Positions 13,601-25,000 of a stretch of DNA of 64,000 bases are shown here, piece by piece. The translations under genes were made by a program, and so were the position numbers. The DNA is from Hyphochytrium catenoides. Its lineage: Eukaryota; Protista; Hyphochytriomycota. The notes under the pieces were generated by a model that was not told the origin of the DNA, did not search any database, and worked only from the letters and a program-made list of their open reading frames with translations. The stretch's first letter is position 1. The number at the start of each line of letters is the position of its first letter. The stretch spans positions 1 through 64,000 of the forward strand of contig FLMG01003780.1 in the NCBI GenBank assembly GCA_900088475.1, in the 5' to 3' direction.

Positions 13601-14463
13601 TTAAATCCTTCCATTCCACTCCTGAACATTGTTGGGGTCAGACAGACATAAGTCGCTTGACTTTGTACCAGGAGAGACGGGAGCGAAGAGAGCAGGAGAG
13701 ACCGTCTAGGAAGACAAGCCACAGCCCCCGCAGTCAGAGCCATGAAGAGGTCACCGATGCTGGGATCAAAGGTAATCGAGGAAGCAACAAGCACGCGAGA
13801 GGCTGCACTAATGCCATGATGAGCCCGTCGTGCGCGGACGTATGTCGCGATGTTTAGCTGCGACGCAATGACTCCTTTTGGTCGCCCTGTAGAGCCCGAT
13901 GTGAAGATTATGTAGGCAGGCGAGGAGAGGGAAGAGAAATCTGTCTCGAGAGCAGGGGAGACAGCTGTATGCGGCGGTGAAGAGCTAGCTTTCGCCGAGT
14001 AGAGCACCTGCTCGTCGTACAAGCAGCTGTCCGCAAGAATTCGAATGGATTGACCCTTGAATCTGCTTTGACAGTCTTCATAGCTCTCCTGAGACACTAC
14101 TAGAAGCTTGGTGCCAGTCTCGTGGAGCAGAAACTCCAGGCGCTCAAGCGGCTGCGAAAGGTCGAGAGGAACGAAAGAGAGCTTCAACTGCCACACAGCA
14201 AGCTGCAGGACTGCTATAGAGGGCCCTTCTGCCGCTGTGAGTCCAATAACACCGCCATAGGGTGACCCCATGCCAGTGGGAGTGGTATCTTGCTCGCTGT
14301 CATCAATGCAAAAGCAATTGAGTTCTTGCCGAAGCCTCTCTGCAGCCTGTTCTGATGCTCGAAGAAGACTTCCGTAGCTGACCTCGCGGTTATCGAACCA
14401 AAGTGCAGGAGCTTCTGGCGTCTGCCTTGCTTGGCGCTGAAACTCCTCAATGACTGTCCCCAT
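10620..14463 (-). CDS. NRPS-like protein: adenylation domain, phosphopantetheine carrier (T/PCP) and C-terminal ankyrin repeats; 4 exons
   Basis: A3 YIIFTSGSTGRPKG, A4 TFDPS, GGE, A5 NTYGVTE|ATV, A7 YRTGD, A8 GRRDRQVKVNGVRLELDEVE, A10 PKTSSGKVDR; PCP DDFFVLGGDSL; ankyrins GTTPLHAAA, GQTAAHLAA, RQTALHCAA, QRTPLHWAT, ETPLHLAA, GRTALHTAA. Exons 14463-13471, 13248-12126, ~11978 (or 12008)-11417, 11175-10620. Confidence 0.85.
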
Positions 14464-16261
14464 GCTTTCCTTCCGCCTGCACCAAGGTACTCACTGCGGC
14501 CTAGCTATCCCCAAACCTCCTTAATCGCTCTCCTTCTTCCTTCTATTGGCATGCAATGCGTACCGCTTGGAAGATTAAACCCAATGGCAGATCCCAGCCA
14601 GGGAACAGCAGGGTTAGGCGACCTTCTTGCCTTACATCGAGGAAGCGATGCGGCCACTTGGCGCTCGCCCGTGAAGATCTTCCAAGGTTCAAATCACTTC
14701 TTCGCCGCTGGGACGTTGACAGACAGGAGGGAGGAGGGAGGAGCAACCCTCAGGGGACAAGGAGTGGAGGATAGGGAGCGATCATTTAGAATAGTTATAG
14801 CATATATATCACAGATTGGGGATAATATAGTTTATATTCCTTAGAGACATGGTGAGTCCCTCACCTCTCCTCGCCTAGAAACCACCCCCCTCCTCCCTCC
14901 CTCCAAGGTTCTGATGCTTTTCTCTGTCTTCGCTGTGCTCCTCCGTCCAGGCTCTGCTGGTGCGACCATCGCCGCCTCCGCCACTCTCCTCTGGCAAGCG
15001 TTGTGACTCCTCCGGCTGGGCTTCTAGTCTATTGGCGTTGGGACCCCTGTCCCTTGGCGCTGCGCCTCTTCCCCTGAGTTGCGGCACTTTCTTGGTGCTT
15101 CTTTTCTCCGTTGTCGGTTCTGCTCCTTCCCTTCATCAGGTACCGCCGCTGTGCTTCTCCCTTCTCTGTCGTCTCCCCTCTGATGCTGCTGTTTCCGCAA
15201 GAATGAGGAAGCCACAGGGTGGCCTTGAAGCGCTTTGTCGGCTTTTGAAAGAGTCAGCCATCAATCTCAGCTTCCTCGTTCCTTCTCCTCCCTTCTTTGG
15301 TCATGCAGCACTCACCACCCTGCTCTAACCTAGGAAGTTGGCGGCTCTTCCGCTCTGCTCCCCTTTACGCGGTGCTCTTTTTAAATAAAGCCCGATTGGC
15401 TCCGCTCCTCAGTAGCGAGACCTTCTGCGGACTACTCAATAAACGCTGATGAGATCTATGCCAGTGCGGCGCTTCGCTTATCGCATCAACTGTTCAACTG
15501 TAGGGTTGTTGACAATTCGTTCTCCCACTCCCTGTCTTCTTTGCTCTCTTGTTGCGGCCAAGAGTTCTGGTGGGCGGAACCGTCGGTCTCAAGTGTTTCA
15601 ATGTGACGGTTCACAAGGAGGTGCCAGATGACACAGCATGGGATGACAGTTGCAGCTTCGCAGAGCGAACTGGATCCCCTAGGAGATACATGACGATCAA
15701 GGCGATGGGGACAAGATCAGCTCGTCGAGCGTGACAGACAAGGCATTCCATCGACAGACTTCTACCCGGTTCAATGGTAGGAGACAGACTTCGAGAGTTC
15801 CGCCCACTCCTTTCACTGAAGCCTCGTACGATGATGTATCTCTAAGACTGAACGCAGCGCTGTCCTTTCTTATCTCTCATCCCGCTTTGCCAAACTCTAT
15901 AGCAGCAGAATCTAGACGTTGCATCAGTTCCTCGTTTCTAAGCTTTTGTCCATCAGAACTGACCTTTGTGAGCACTATGTGCTGTCGAGTTCGCGGGCTA
16001 GCGCTTCGTTAAAGTTCTGCCAAGACAGCATCACTCTGCACTGAGAGAACACACCAGGCAGGTGAAGGGCACCGACAAGCATTGTAGCTAGTTGTCGACG
16101 TAGAAATGCAGAGATAATTTATAGCTTACACTCATGGAGCCGCACTCTCCAGCCCGCGGTAAGAGAGCTACATTGCCGGGCCTGGACGAGGTGGACGGCA
16201 TATTGGTATGTGACATTGCCCTCTACGGGGTCCACCCTGATGGTGCTATCGATGGACAACT

Positions 16262-17725
16262 TTACAGAAAGTCTAGCAGCTCTTGAACCACATTCTGTCC
16301 ATCCTCGTCCAGCTCTGGTTCTGAAAGAAATCTTCGTATGCTGCTGACACTGAGGCCCAAGCCCTTCAGATACTGCTGGTTCTGATACTCCTCGCGCATT
16401 ACCATCATAGAACAGATCATGCCGATGGCGCTCTTCTTGACTCTGACACTAGAGCCGGGGTTAACGAAACAGAGAGCGGCGGTGCGTGTGAGGTCCCAGC
16501 TTTCAATGGCTCGAACACCTTCTAGATTGAGAGCAACCTCCCACAAAACTTCCAGCGCTTCCGCTGTGTGCTCGTGGATATCTCTGTCTTCATCTATCAG
16601 TCTTGNNNNNNNNNNNNNNNNNNNNNNNNNNNNNNNNNNNNNNNNNNNNNNNNNNNNNNNNNNNNNNNNNNNNNNNNNNNNNNNAGGGAAACTGATCCTC
16701 CAGTTGCAACACGAGATAGCGCAACAGGTCAGCTGCCAGGTAGGAGCCTGTCTTCTCAAAGAAGTTTATAATCGTTGGTAGGCGGACCGCAATGCGCTCA
16801 CAATTCTGCCAGTTCTCATGGCCGTCACGGTCATCTCTGGCGAAATTGATCAATGCCCAGGCTGCAGCACTGACAGGATTTTCTTCCTTTGGTAAGGGCC
16901 CTGGTGCAGCCTCATCGAGCACAGAGAGAAGAACCTCAATGGCCGAGGTAGTTGCGCCAATTTGTTCTCGTGCGTCCAGGCTGTGGCACACTACATTTGA
17001 CAGCAAGATGATCACGTGGCAAAGCGACTCAAGCGAGACCACATTCTTCTTTTTCTCTGCTAACACGAGCTGTACCAGCTTCGTACCGCCAAAAACGCTG
17101 TAAATTGCCACAGCTCCATCTGTCTTGGCACTGAGCTTAGCCAGGTCCCTCGTCTGCAGCTCATTCAAGGGCCTTCCCCCTTGCATAGTAGCGTCAGCCT
17201 GACTAACTACGCGTTCAACTTTACGGCGAAAGAGTCGTCTGGAGGTTCTGTCCAAGGCGCCTTTCATAACATCCTCACCTAACAGCGGCCGCTGCGTTCG
17301 AACCATGACTCTAGTCCAGCGGGCCATGAAGGCACCTATTCTCACCTGTATTCCTTCTGTAAACGCTAGCCGTTGGTGCTAATGGTAAGCAGAGGGTTGC
17401 GAAGTCATTTCACTCTCAGCTTGGCAACAAACATTTCAGCAATGGCTCACGCCGGCACCATGACGCTGTTTAATGGCTAGCTCGTTCCCGTCAAACGCTT
17501 ATCCAGACGGAGGCAGCCTTGACTTACAACGCAGGGTAGCGCTAATATCTGCAGACTCTTCAAAAGCAAACAGCGGAATAGTAACAATTGTCGATTGTGG
17601 CAGGATTCAATCCGCGGCGCTGGGCGGCGGCGGCGGCGGCCTTGAGCTGGCGCTGGGGCGAGAAAAATTGCGAGTGCGCGCTTCTGATTCCCCAGCCCGG
17701 AATTGAGACAAAACGGCCCACCCAT
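16262..17725 (-). CDS. Armadillo/HEAT-like helical repeat protein; 5' exon uncertain; interrupted by an N gap
   Basis: ORFs 16590-17345 and 16262-16759 have ARM-like segments (HVIILLSNVV, AIEVLLSVL, AAAWALINFA, TAEALEVLWEVA). A possible upstream exon ends at a gtaagt donor near 17527. Frame across the gap is unknown. Confidence 0.55.
16606..16684. other. Assembly gap (N run) inside ARM-like CDS
   Basis: 79 Ns. Confidence 1.
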
Positions 17726-18462
17726 GCGAAGCAAGGATTCAGGATTAAATGTATTTCAATTCTAGGTTTATATCATCTGGCCATGATGATTCGCGATATG
17801 ATCAGAAGAGAATGTTCTGAGCCCTAAATTGAGTTTTTACTTTGAGAGATATTTGACTCAGAAAGGTCAACACGCTGTCTTCTCTCTTTATTATAAATCT
17901 TTGGGGCCAGATGAAGATGGAGACGCGTCTGGTGAAGCGCCGGCATCGGAAAAGCAAGATGATTGAACTATTAGAGCTAGTGCTTGCCGTGAAGGGGGGC
18001 CTAGGATGGCAGGAGCTGAGTATGTTATGTCTCTCTTGCTGGTAAACTGCCCTCTATTGGAAGCTCTCTTCAACACGCCGAAGTTCTAGGCTATTTTCAA
18101 ATTCATCGTGCTCAGGCTCTTAGTTACAGGCTGCACGTTCCTCCCTCAGTTGTTGGACTCATCATCAGCCTATCACTCCTTAGAAACGATACAAGTGCTA
18201 TAAAGTCCCCATGATAAAGGTGGCTCAGGAAAAGGAGCGCAGTTAGCAGATTTCAGTCTTTATGGGTCACGCCAGGAGATTTGTCTGCCTATGTCTTTGC
18301 TGATTGTCATTAGTGGCGGGATTTGTGGGTCCAGCGCTTGGATCCCAACCCATAACCTTTCGCAGCGCAGGTGGTCTCTGCAGGTCCCATGCAGCTAAGA
18401 TCAAGATATCGTCTACTTCCCCTCCCCCGAGCTCGGAACTGCTGCTCTAAGTCTTTTGGGTG

Positions 18463-19932
18463 CTAGTACTGGCTCTGGAATTCGACTTGAAATGCTTTCA
18501 CTTGAGACAGAACTGCCGCCTCCAGCGTCTTAAGCTGTTCCTTCACTGCTCCACTTTCAGCGCTAGGCGGGGACTTCGTGAATTTCTTTGTCACCTTCAG
18601 GAAGACAGGCGAGGAATAGAGGGAGTTAATTCAGTGAGCGCCACTTTGTGGATGTGCCCGTGCCCGGAGCCGCGTTTCTCAGTTAGAATTTTTTGGGGTT
18701 GGGAGGCAGAGTTGCTGGTTAGAGAAGAGAGAGAGACACAGATAGGGCGGCTAACAAGAATGACTTCGAGAGAGAGAAAGAAAGAGAGTCTTCGCCAAGA
18801 GCAAAGACTGCGGCTGTTACCTCATAATTGTTAAGATTATTATCTACGTCCGCGAAGTCTAGTTCCCCTGCGCAACTGCCGGCCGCGAGCGACATCGACC
18901 AGGAAACCGTGAAGTTGAGATCAAAAATGTATCTAGTTCGCAGTGAAGGCAGGACAGACTTGTGAGCCATCCCGAGGAGCACAGCGCAAGAGGTACGCGA
19001 GCCAGAGAAAGTAGCCAAGAGACAGAGACCTGGAGAACGCAGAGCACGTCAAAGCAGGTGAAGAAGAAGGGCGAGAGATGTAGAAGGGTGGCAAAAGTTG
19101 GTCAGAAGAAGCAAAACAATGGGCGGCAGCGCCAAGTAAAGCAGGAAAGACTAGATATGGAGATGGACAGCTCAGCGGCATGACTGACCGTTTGGTGCCT
19201 CTGATCACGGCGACATGACAGTCTCCCTTCACCTTGCTCACGGCTGTCACCTTCAACTTCTCGTCTGTCTCTGACAAGTCTAGGCCCTGTAGCATCTCCC
19301 TCAGCCGCTGACTCGCCCAGCCGCTGACGTCTTTCTCTTCCCACGTCCCACCAGCGTTCCAAGCGGATCCTGAGGAGTTTGTTGGGGGACGCTTCTGAGG
19401 GCTGTTTGATCCTTCTGAGATCTTCTTAGGCTGAAGGTCTCCAAGCAGTTCTTTCTCGCTTGCGTCCAACTCTCTATGGAAGTAAGGCTTGCCATCCCGG
19501 TAGCCTAAATAGACAGAGAGGACACGGTGGAGAGAGAGAGAGAGAGACAGAGAGAGAGAGAGCGAGAGACAGAGAGAGAGACAGAGCGGTCAGCGGGTGT
19601 AAGGTATAGAACAAGACTGACGATGAGGTCGAGGGAGATAAGCCCGCCCACTGCGACCTCAGGAGAAGAGAATAAACCATATGGACAGAGGGAAACGGAG
19701 GTCGAGAAACGAACAAGAAGAGCAGTCGCGGTGTGGGTCAGAGGGAAAGAGAGTAGGAGAGACAGGAAAGAGAAGGGAAAGAGGGAATGGGTGGAGATCA
19801 GGTAGGGACAGCTAAGGAAGGTAGCAACTCATAGTCTCTGAAGGATGAAAGGCGTGTTAGCCTTACTCCGTACTACCGTGGGATACCAGCCGGGTCCATA
19901 GAGAGGGAGGATTCATGAAGAGAGAGAGAAAC

Positions 19933-19967
<35 letters not shown>

Positions 19968-21275
19968 AAAGGAAAGACTAGTAGAGAGAGGCAGACAGAC
20001 AGACAGACAGAAATGGTATTACAAAGAAGAGAAACGTGTTCCCCTTTCTTTCCCTTACCTCTCGCGTCCTTCAGATCCAGATCCTCGTCCTCCACCTTCA
20101 CCACCTCAGTGCGGCTGCGGCTAGGCTGGGCCGGGGCAGGAGAGGCAGAGGGAGAGGAGAGGGAAGCACTTCGGGACGCTGTCTCTCTCTCTGCCTTCTT
20201 TTCCTCTTTCTTCGGCTCTGGCTTCTTGCAGATCCGCCTGTGGAATTGCCAATCGGACTTCTGCTCCCATAGAGAGCGGCGGAGAGGAGCGATGGCGGCG
20301 AGAAGGAGAGAAGAGAGAGAAGAGAGAGAGAGAGAAGATCATCTTCAGCGTCACTGGAGCGTGAAAGGAAGAAGCAGAGGGAGAAAAGAGAGACCGCAAT
20401 GTGAGAGAGAGAAAGGAAAGGCACATCAACCTCCAGTTGAGAGAATAGTCAAGCTGTGGTCTGACGCACTGCAAATCTCCGCAAGAGGTCAGACAGCCAT
20501 TCACTCGGCGACACGAGAAGAGCAAGAGCAAGAGAGAGGGAGAGAGAGAGAGAGAGGGAGAGAAATTATAAAGACGCGACAAAGCAGAGAGAGACATAGC
20601 AGGCTCTTCATGCCCCACCTGACAGTCTCTATTGCAATACTTCGCTTTCTTGCAGACAGAGCAGAGTAGTCGCGCCGCGGGCGCCTGGCAGTTCTTGCAG
20701 TTCACAGGCGCCGAAGGCCGCGATGAGACCTTCGCTGAGGGCCAAAGAGAAGAGAAAAGAGAGCGAAAAAGAGAGACAAAGAGAGAGAGATCAGCGAGAG
20801 AGGCAGAAGGAGGGGAGAGCATGAAAGAAGGACGGTGAGAAGCGAGAGACGGAAAAGCGAGAGGAAGAGAGCAGGAGCACGAGAGAAAGATACCACGATG
20901 CGTCCTTGACTTTCTCTTGTCGGCCTGTCTCTATCCTTCCTCTTTCTCTCTCTCTCCTCTCTCTCTCTACTCCCTCTTTCTCTCTCTCTCTCTCTCTCTC
21001 GCTCTCGCTCTCTCTTTCTCTCTCTCACTCCCTCTCTCTCTTTTCCCCTTGGCCGTACCGTTCTCCTTCTCATCATCGCTGTCCACAATGTTATCAAAGC
21101 GGGAGTAGTCAATGGGACGCGCAGAAGGCAAAGAGTTGCCATCAGTCCTCTCTCTCTCTCCCGCTCTATCTCCTTTGTCTCTCTCCTGCCAGCGCTGCTG
21201 CGTGGCAGCGTCCTCGACACTAGTGTCCCAGCCAATGCTGGGGGAAGAGGAGGAAGGAGAGAGAGGAGAGGCCAT
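18463..21275 (-). CDS. Hsp90 co-chaperone-like fusion: Cdc37-like DYS..D...SDDE motif, MYND zinc finger, Aha1_N domain; 6 exons
   Basis: PIDYSRFDNIVDSDDE; MYND CKNC..CSVCKKAKYCNRDCQ|KSDWQFHRRIC; Aha1_N SAWNAGGTWEEKDVSGWA...KVTAVSKVKGDCHVAVIRGTKR|YIFDLNF. Exons 21275-21059, 20734-20619, 20260-20059, 19504-19189, 18932-18821, 18594-18463, all phase-consistent; start codon uncertain. Confidence 0.85.
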
Positions 21276-21727
21276 AGGTCCGAGCAGTCACTGTTTTCTG
21301 AGCGGTAATGACAGCAGAACGGAGAAGAGAGGACAGAGAGAGAGAGGCTCCCTTTCAAACTCTTTCCCTGCGGTCCAGGTCTCTCGTTGTCTGGTTCTCT
21401 CTGTGTTCCGTCTTCTGTCTACGATGCCACCTTCAGGTCGGGGCTGGGGAGAGAAGAGAGGAGAGAGAGAGAGAGAGAGAGAGACAGATAGACACCTCTA
21501 GAGAGAATATCGGAGTTTACCGTTAGACAACGAGTCTAGGAAGGACCTTTTTGCATTGAGATAACTCCGCTAACGGTACACCCATCAGGGACATGCCCCC
21601 TATCATTCTCTCTCTCTCTTCTGGCTGTTTCCTTCCTCTGTCACAGTGCTCTCTCCTCTCTGCGCTCAACTGGCAGGGGCAGGAAGAGAAAGGACAACAG
21701 AGCGCCTGAGCGCAGCGTGGAAAGAGG

Positions 21728-21769
<42 letters not shown>

Positions 21770-21989
21770 NNNNAGCAGAGAGTAGGAGGGTTTCCCGATT
21801 GTTTATAACTGTTAGGACTAATATACTTTACAACGAACATCCTTTCTCTCTCGCGCGCACCTCTTTCTCTCTCTCTGTCTTTCCTGCTCTTCTCTATCCA
21901 CAATCTTCTTGCGCTTGGGCCCACTGTTTCGCCGACCAGGAACTCCCTGTCCTGGCCAACTGGTGTTGGGATAGAAGGCGAGGGAGAGG

Positions 21990-22032
<43 letters not shown>
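19529..22032. repeat. Multiple (GA)n/(CT)n microsatellites in introns and the upstream region of the MYND-Aha1_N gene
   Basis: Runs at ~19529-19585, 19918-19970, 20937-21042, 21450-21485, 21733-21769, 21990-22031. Confidence 0.9.
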
Positions 22033-22042
<10 letters not shown>

Positions 22043-22069
22043 GAAAGGGAGGGAGACCACGTTGCGCGC

Positions 22070-25000
22070 TCAGCTCTCCATGATAAAGTCACTCAGCTTC
22101 TCCAGCACCAGTGGCAGCGGTAGACCGAGCTGCTGCGCCAGCCCCAACGCCTGATCCTTTGATATCTGAAAGGTCTTTCCTCTGCTGCTGCCGTCCAGCC
22201 CCTGCTGCTCCACCCAGCGCTGCAGACGCTGCACGAAGATCTCCAGAGAGATGATGTCTCGGTCCTGCACCTCGCCCTCCGGTCCGTCCAGCAGCCCTGA
22301 GGGTGGCGCGTAGTTCTTGAGGATGAAAGGGTGAGAGAGGAGCTGCCGTGGTGTGGGACGCTGCGATGGTTCTCTCTTCAGACAGAGATCCACAAAGTCT
22401 ACCAGCTCTTCGGGGAAGTCGCCATAGGAACGCAGCGAGGGCAGTGCCTTGTTCCTCACAGCCTCCACCACGCCCCAGAAGCCGTCCTTGCTGTCTATCG
22501 GCCGCCTGCCGATGGCGCAGGCCATGATGGTCAGACCAAACGACCAAATATCACTCTCCATGGCGTACTCTCCTCCCGCAATCCGCTCCGGTGCCATGTA
22601 AAAGACCGTGCCTGTGAAGGTAGTGGCGAAGGCCTCAGACTGTTCAAGCTGCTTGCTGATGCCAAAGTCGGAGATCTTGGCTGTTCCCTGTTTATCTATG
22701 AGGATGTTGCTGGGTTTGATGTCTCTGTGGATCAGCCGCTGCTCGTGCAGGTACTGGAGCCCGTGAAGCACATTGTGCGCGATCCTTGCCAATGTTCGCT
22801 CGCTGCACTTGACCTGCCTCGCGACCAGGTCTTCTAGGGAACCACCGTTCATATACTCGAGAACGATGGAGACAGTGCGATCATTGGGGTTCGTGAAGGC
22901 GTCATAGAAGGCAATGACGCAGTGTCTGCCAAAGTTAGCAGAGTCTCTGATGCCCAGCGCTACAAAGTTGTTATGCTGCGCTTTCAGCTCGCGCACGAGC
23001 TGATGGCGCTTCTCTTTGTCATAGATTGTCACCACCTTCACAGCCACCAGGCGCATCGCCTGCGTGTCTAACGCCTTGTACACCTCACCGCCTGCCCCTG
23101 CTCCAAGCCGCTCCAGCATCAACAACCGCTCCGTGATGCTCAATGAGTTCTCAGAGTCACCTCGTCGCATGCCATTGGCCTACAAGAAGGACGGGGAACG
23201 GGGAACGAGGAAAGTAAGCGACCCGCGTTAGGTCCGGCCAAGTAAACAATAAAGAAGGCCAATAGAAACCTATTCCTTATTTCTTGTAAGGATCATACAA
23301 GCGGAGAGAGAGAGAGAGCAAAGAGAGAACTGAGCGAGGAGAAGGAACAGACAAGGGGAGAGAGAGAAAAAGAGACTGAGAGGTAGATGAGCTCGGATGG
23401 GAGCTGCGCACAGGTTCTTAAAGCCCGTCAAGCTGCATTTTACCTTGATCTCTAGCCCTTGGGTCAGCAGCGATCCCTCAGCCGAAAAGATGTAGGATTG
23501 TTGCAGCGGGTTGGCCCGCGGAATGTTCGCAATATCGAGCGAGAGATCGCCAATGGGAGTCGGACGGCGAGGTTTCTTCCCTCCCATACCCACCGCCCCA
23601 GTCTGCGCCGACGTAGCGACAGAAAGGGTAGAAGAAGCGTTGTGCCCTGGTGCAGGCGTCGGGCCAGCGCTAGTCACTGCTGTGGTCTGTAGGCTGGCCG
23701 GCCGGGTAAGAATCTTAGTTCCCACCGGCGGAGAAGTCTTTCCCGCAGGCGCGTTGGAGGCTGTCCCGGACATGACAAAGGCAGGCTGCACAGTCACAGA
23801 CAGAGAACTGGTACTGGAGGATTGAGCATTGCGGTCGCTGACAGTTTGACTCTCTGATGGTGACTTGGCCGAAGAGCTCTCTGCCACTGCCACAGCAGCT
23901 GAGGGCGTGGAGGCCGCGGAAGACGAGGTGGTGGAGGAAGCAGGAGACACCCCACCGCGGACCGAGATGCGTGTGCGGGATATCATGGTTGGGGAGCCTG
24001 AAGAGTTGAGGGGACTGCCGCTGAGCGTGGCAGCACCAGCGCGGGAAGGGTCCACATTGAGGAAGGAGCGGGATACGCGTCGCGACTGGACTTGTGAGCG
24101 GCTTGGAGAGTTGACAGATGGTGCGGTGCCTGCGATCTGCGGCGGTGCCCCGGTCTTGCTCTCTGAGAAAGATCCCCGACGCGCGCGGGGAGAGTCGTTG
24201 AACCTTCGTTGCATCATAAAGCGCTCCACTTGCGTCACCGGCCTGCAGAGAAGGAGGGCCAGACACGATCAGATGCCGGAGAGACGCCATCGAATGCGAG
24301 TAAACGCAATGTTAGATAGAGAAGTGGCGACCAAATGCAGGCAATTAGACAATCGCGTAGGCTCAAGAGGGACCTAGGAAACGCTTTACAGAGGTAAATA
24401 GAGGAGCTTGCGTAACGGGCAAAAACGAGCAGAGAAGTCGAAGAGAGAGAGTAGGAACTAAGGAGAGACAAAGGGAGAGAGAAGAATAACCAGCGGCAGA
24501 AAGAGCAACGTGACAGCAACTTGAGGGACAGCTGTCTGCCCAAAAGAAGAGAAAGACAAGGGCAACACACCTCTGGGCATTGACTGGAGTCACCGCTGCC
24601 TCCTTGTTCGCTGCGGTGCTGGGAACTCCGCCGCCCACACTTCCCCGTGAATGAGTACTGGAGCTGCTACTGGCAAGCGAGCCAGCACTGACTCTGAAGT
24701 CTTTGTGCTCGCTGAAGGAGCTCCGGGTCATCCCGCCCTCTCCTTCTAGGCTGGCTGGAGGCGGCGCAGAGGCACATCTCTCTGAAGGAGAAACGGAGCT
24801 GTCTCCTGCCCTCCCGCTCTCTCGATGAGGCAGAGGATGGGTCACTCGACGCGTAGTTATCTTGCCTGGAGTAGGGGAATCCTCTCTGCGCCCTTCAATG
24901 ATTAGACCGTCGCTCCCTCGTCGACCCTGGCTCTCTAGGCCAGGCCTCCCCTTCTCCTCTCCGTGGTCCTGCACATGGCCCTGGCTGTCTCCTGCTTTGT

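Noticed and set aside
14500-16050. Short ORFs between the NRPS-like and ARM-like genes
   Set aside because: No recognisable domain or consistent exon chain; may be UTR or promoter sequence
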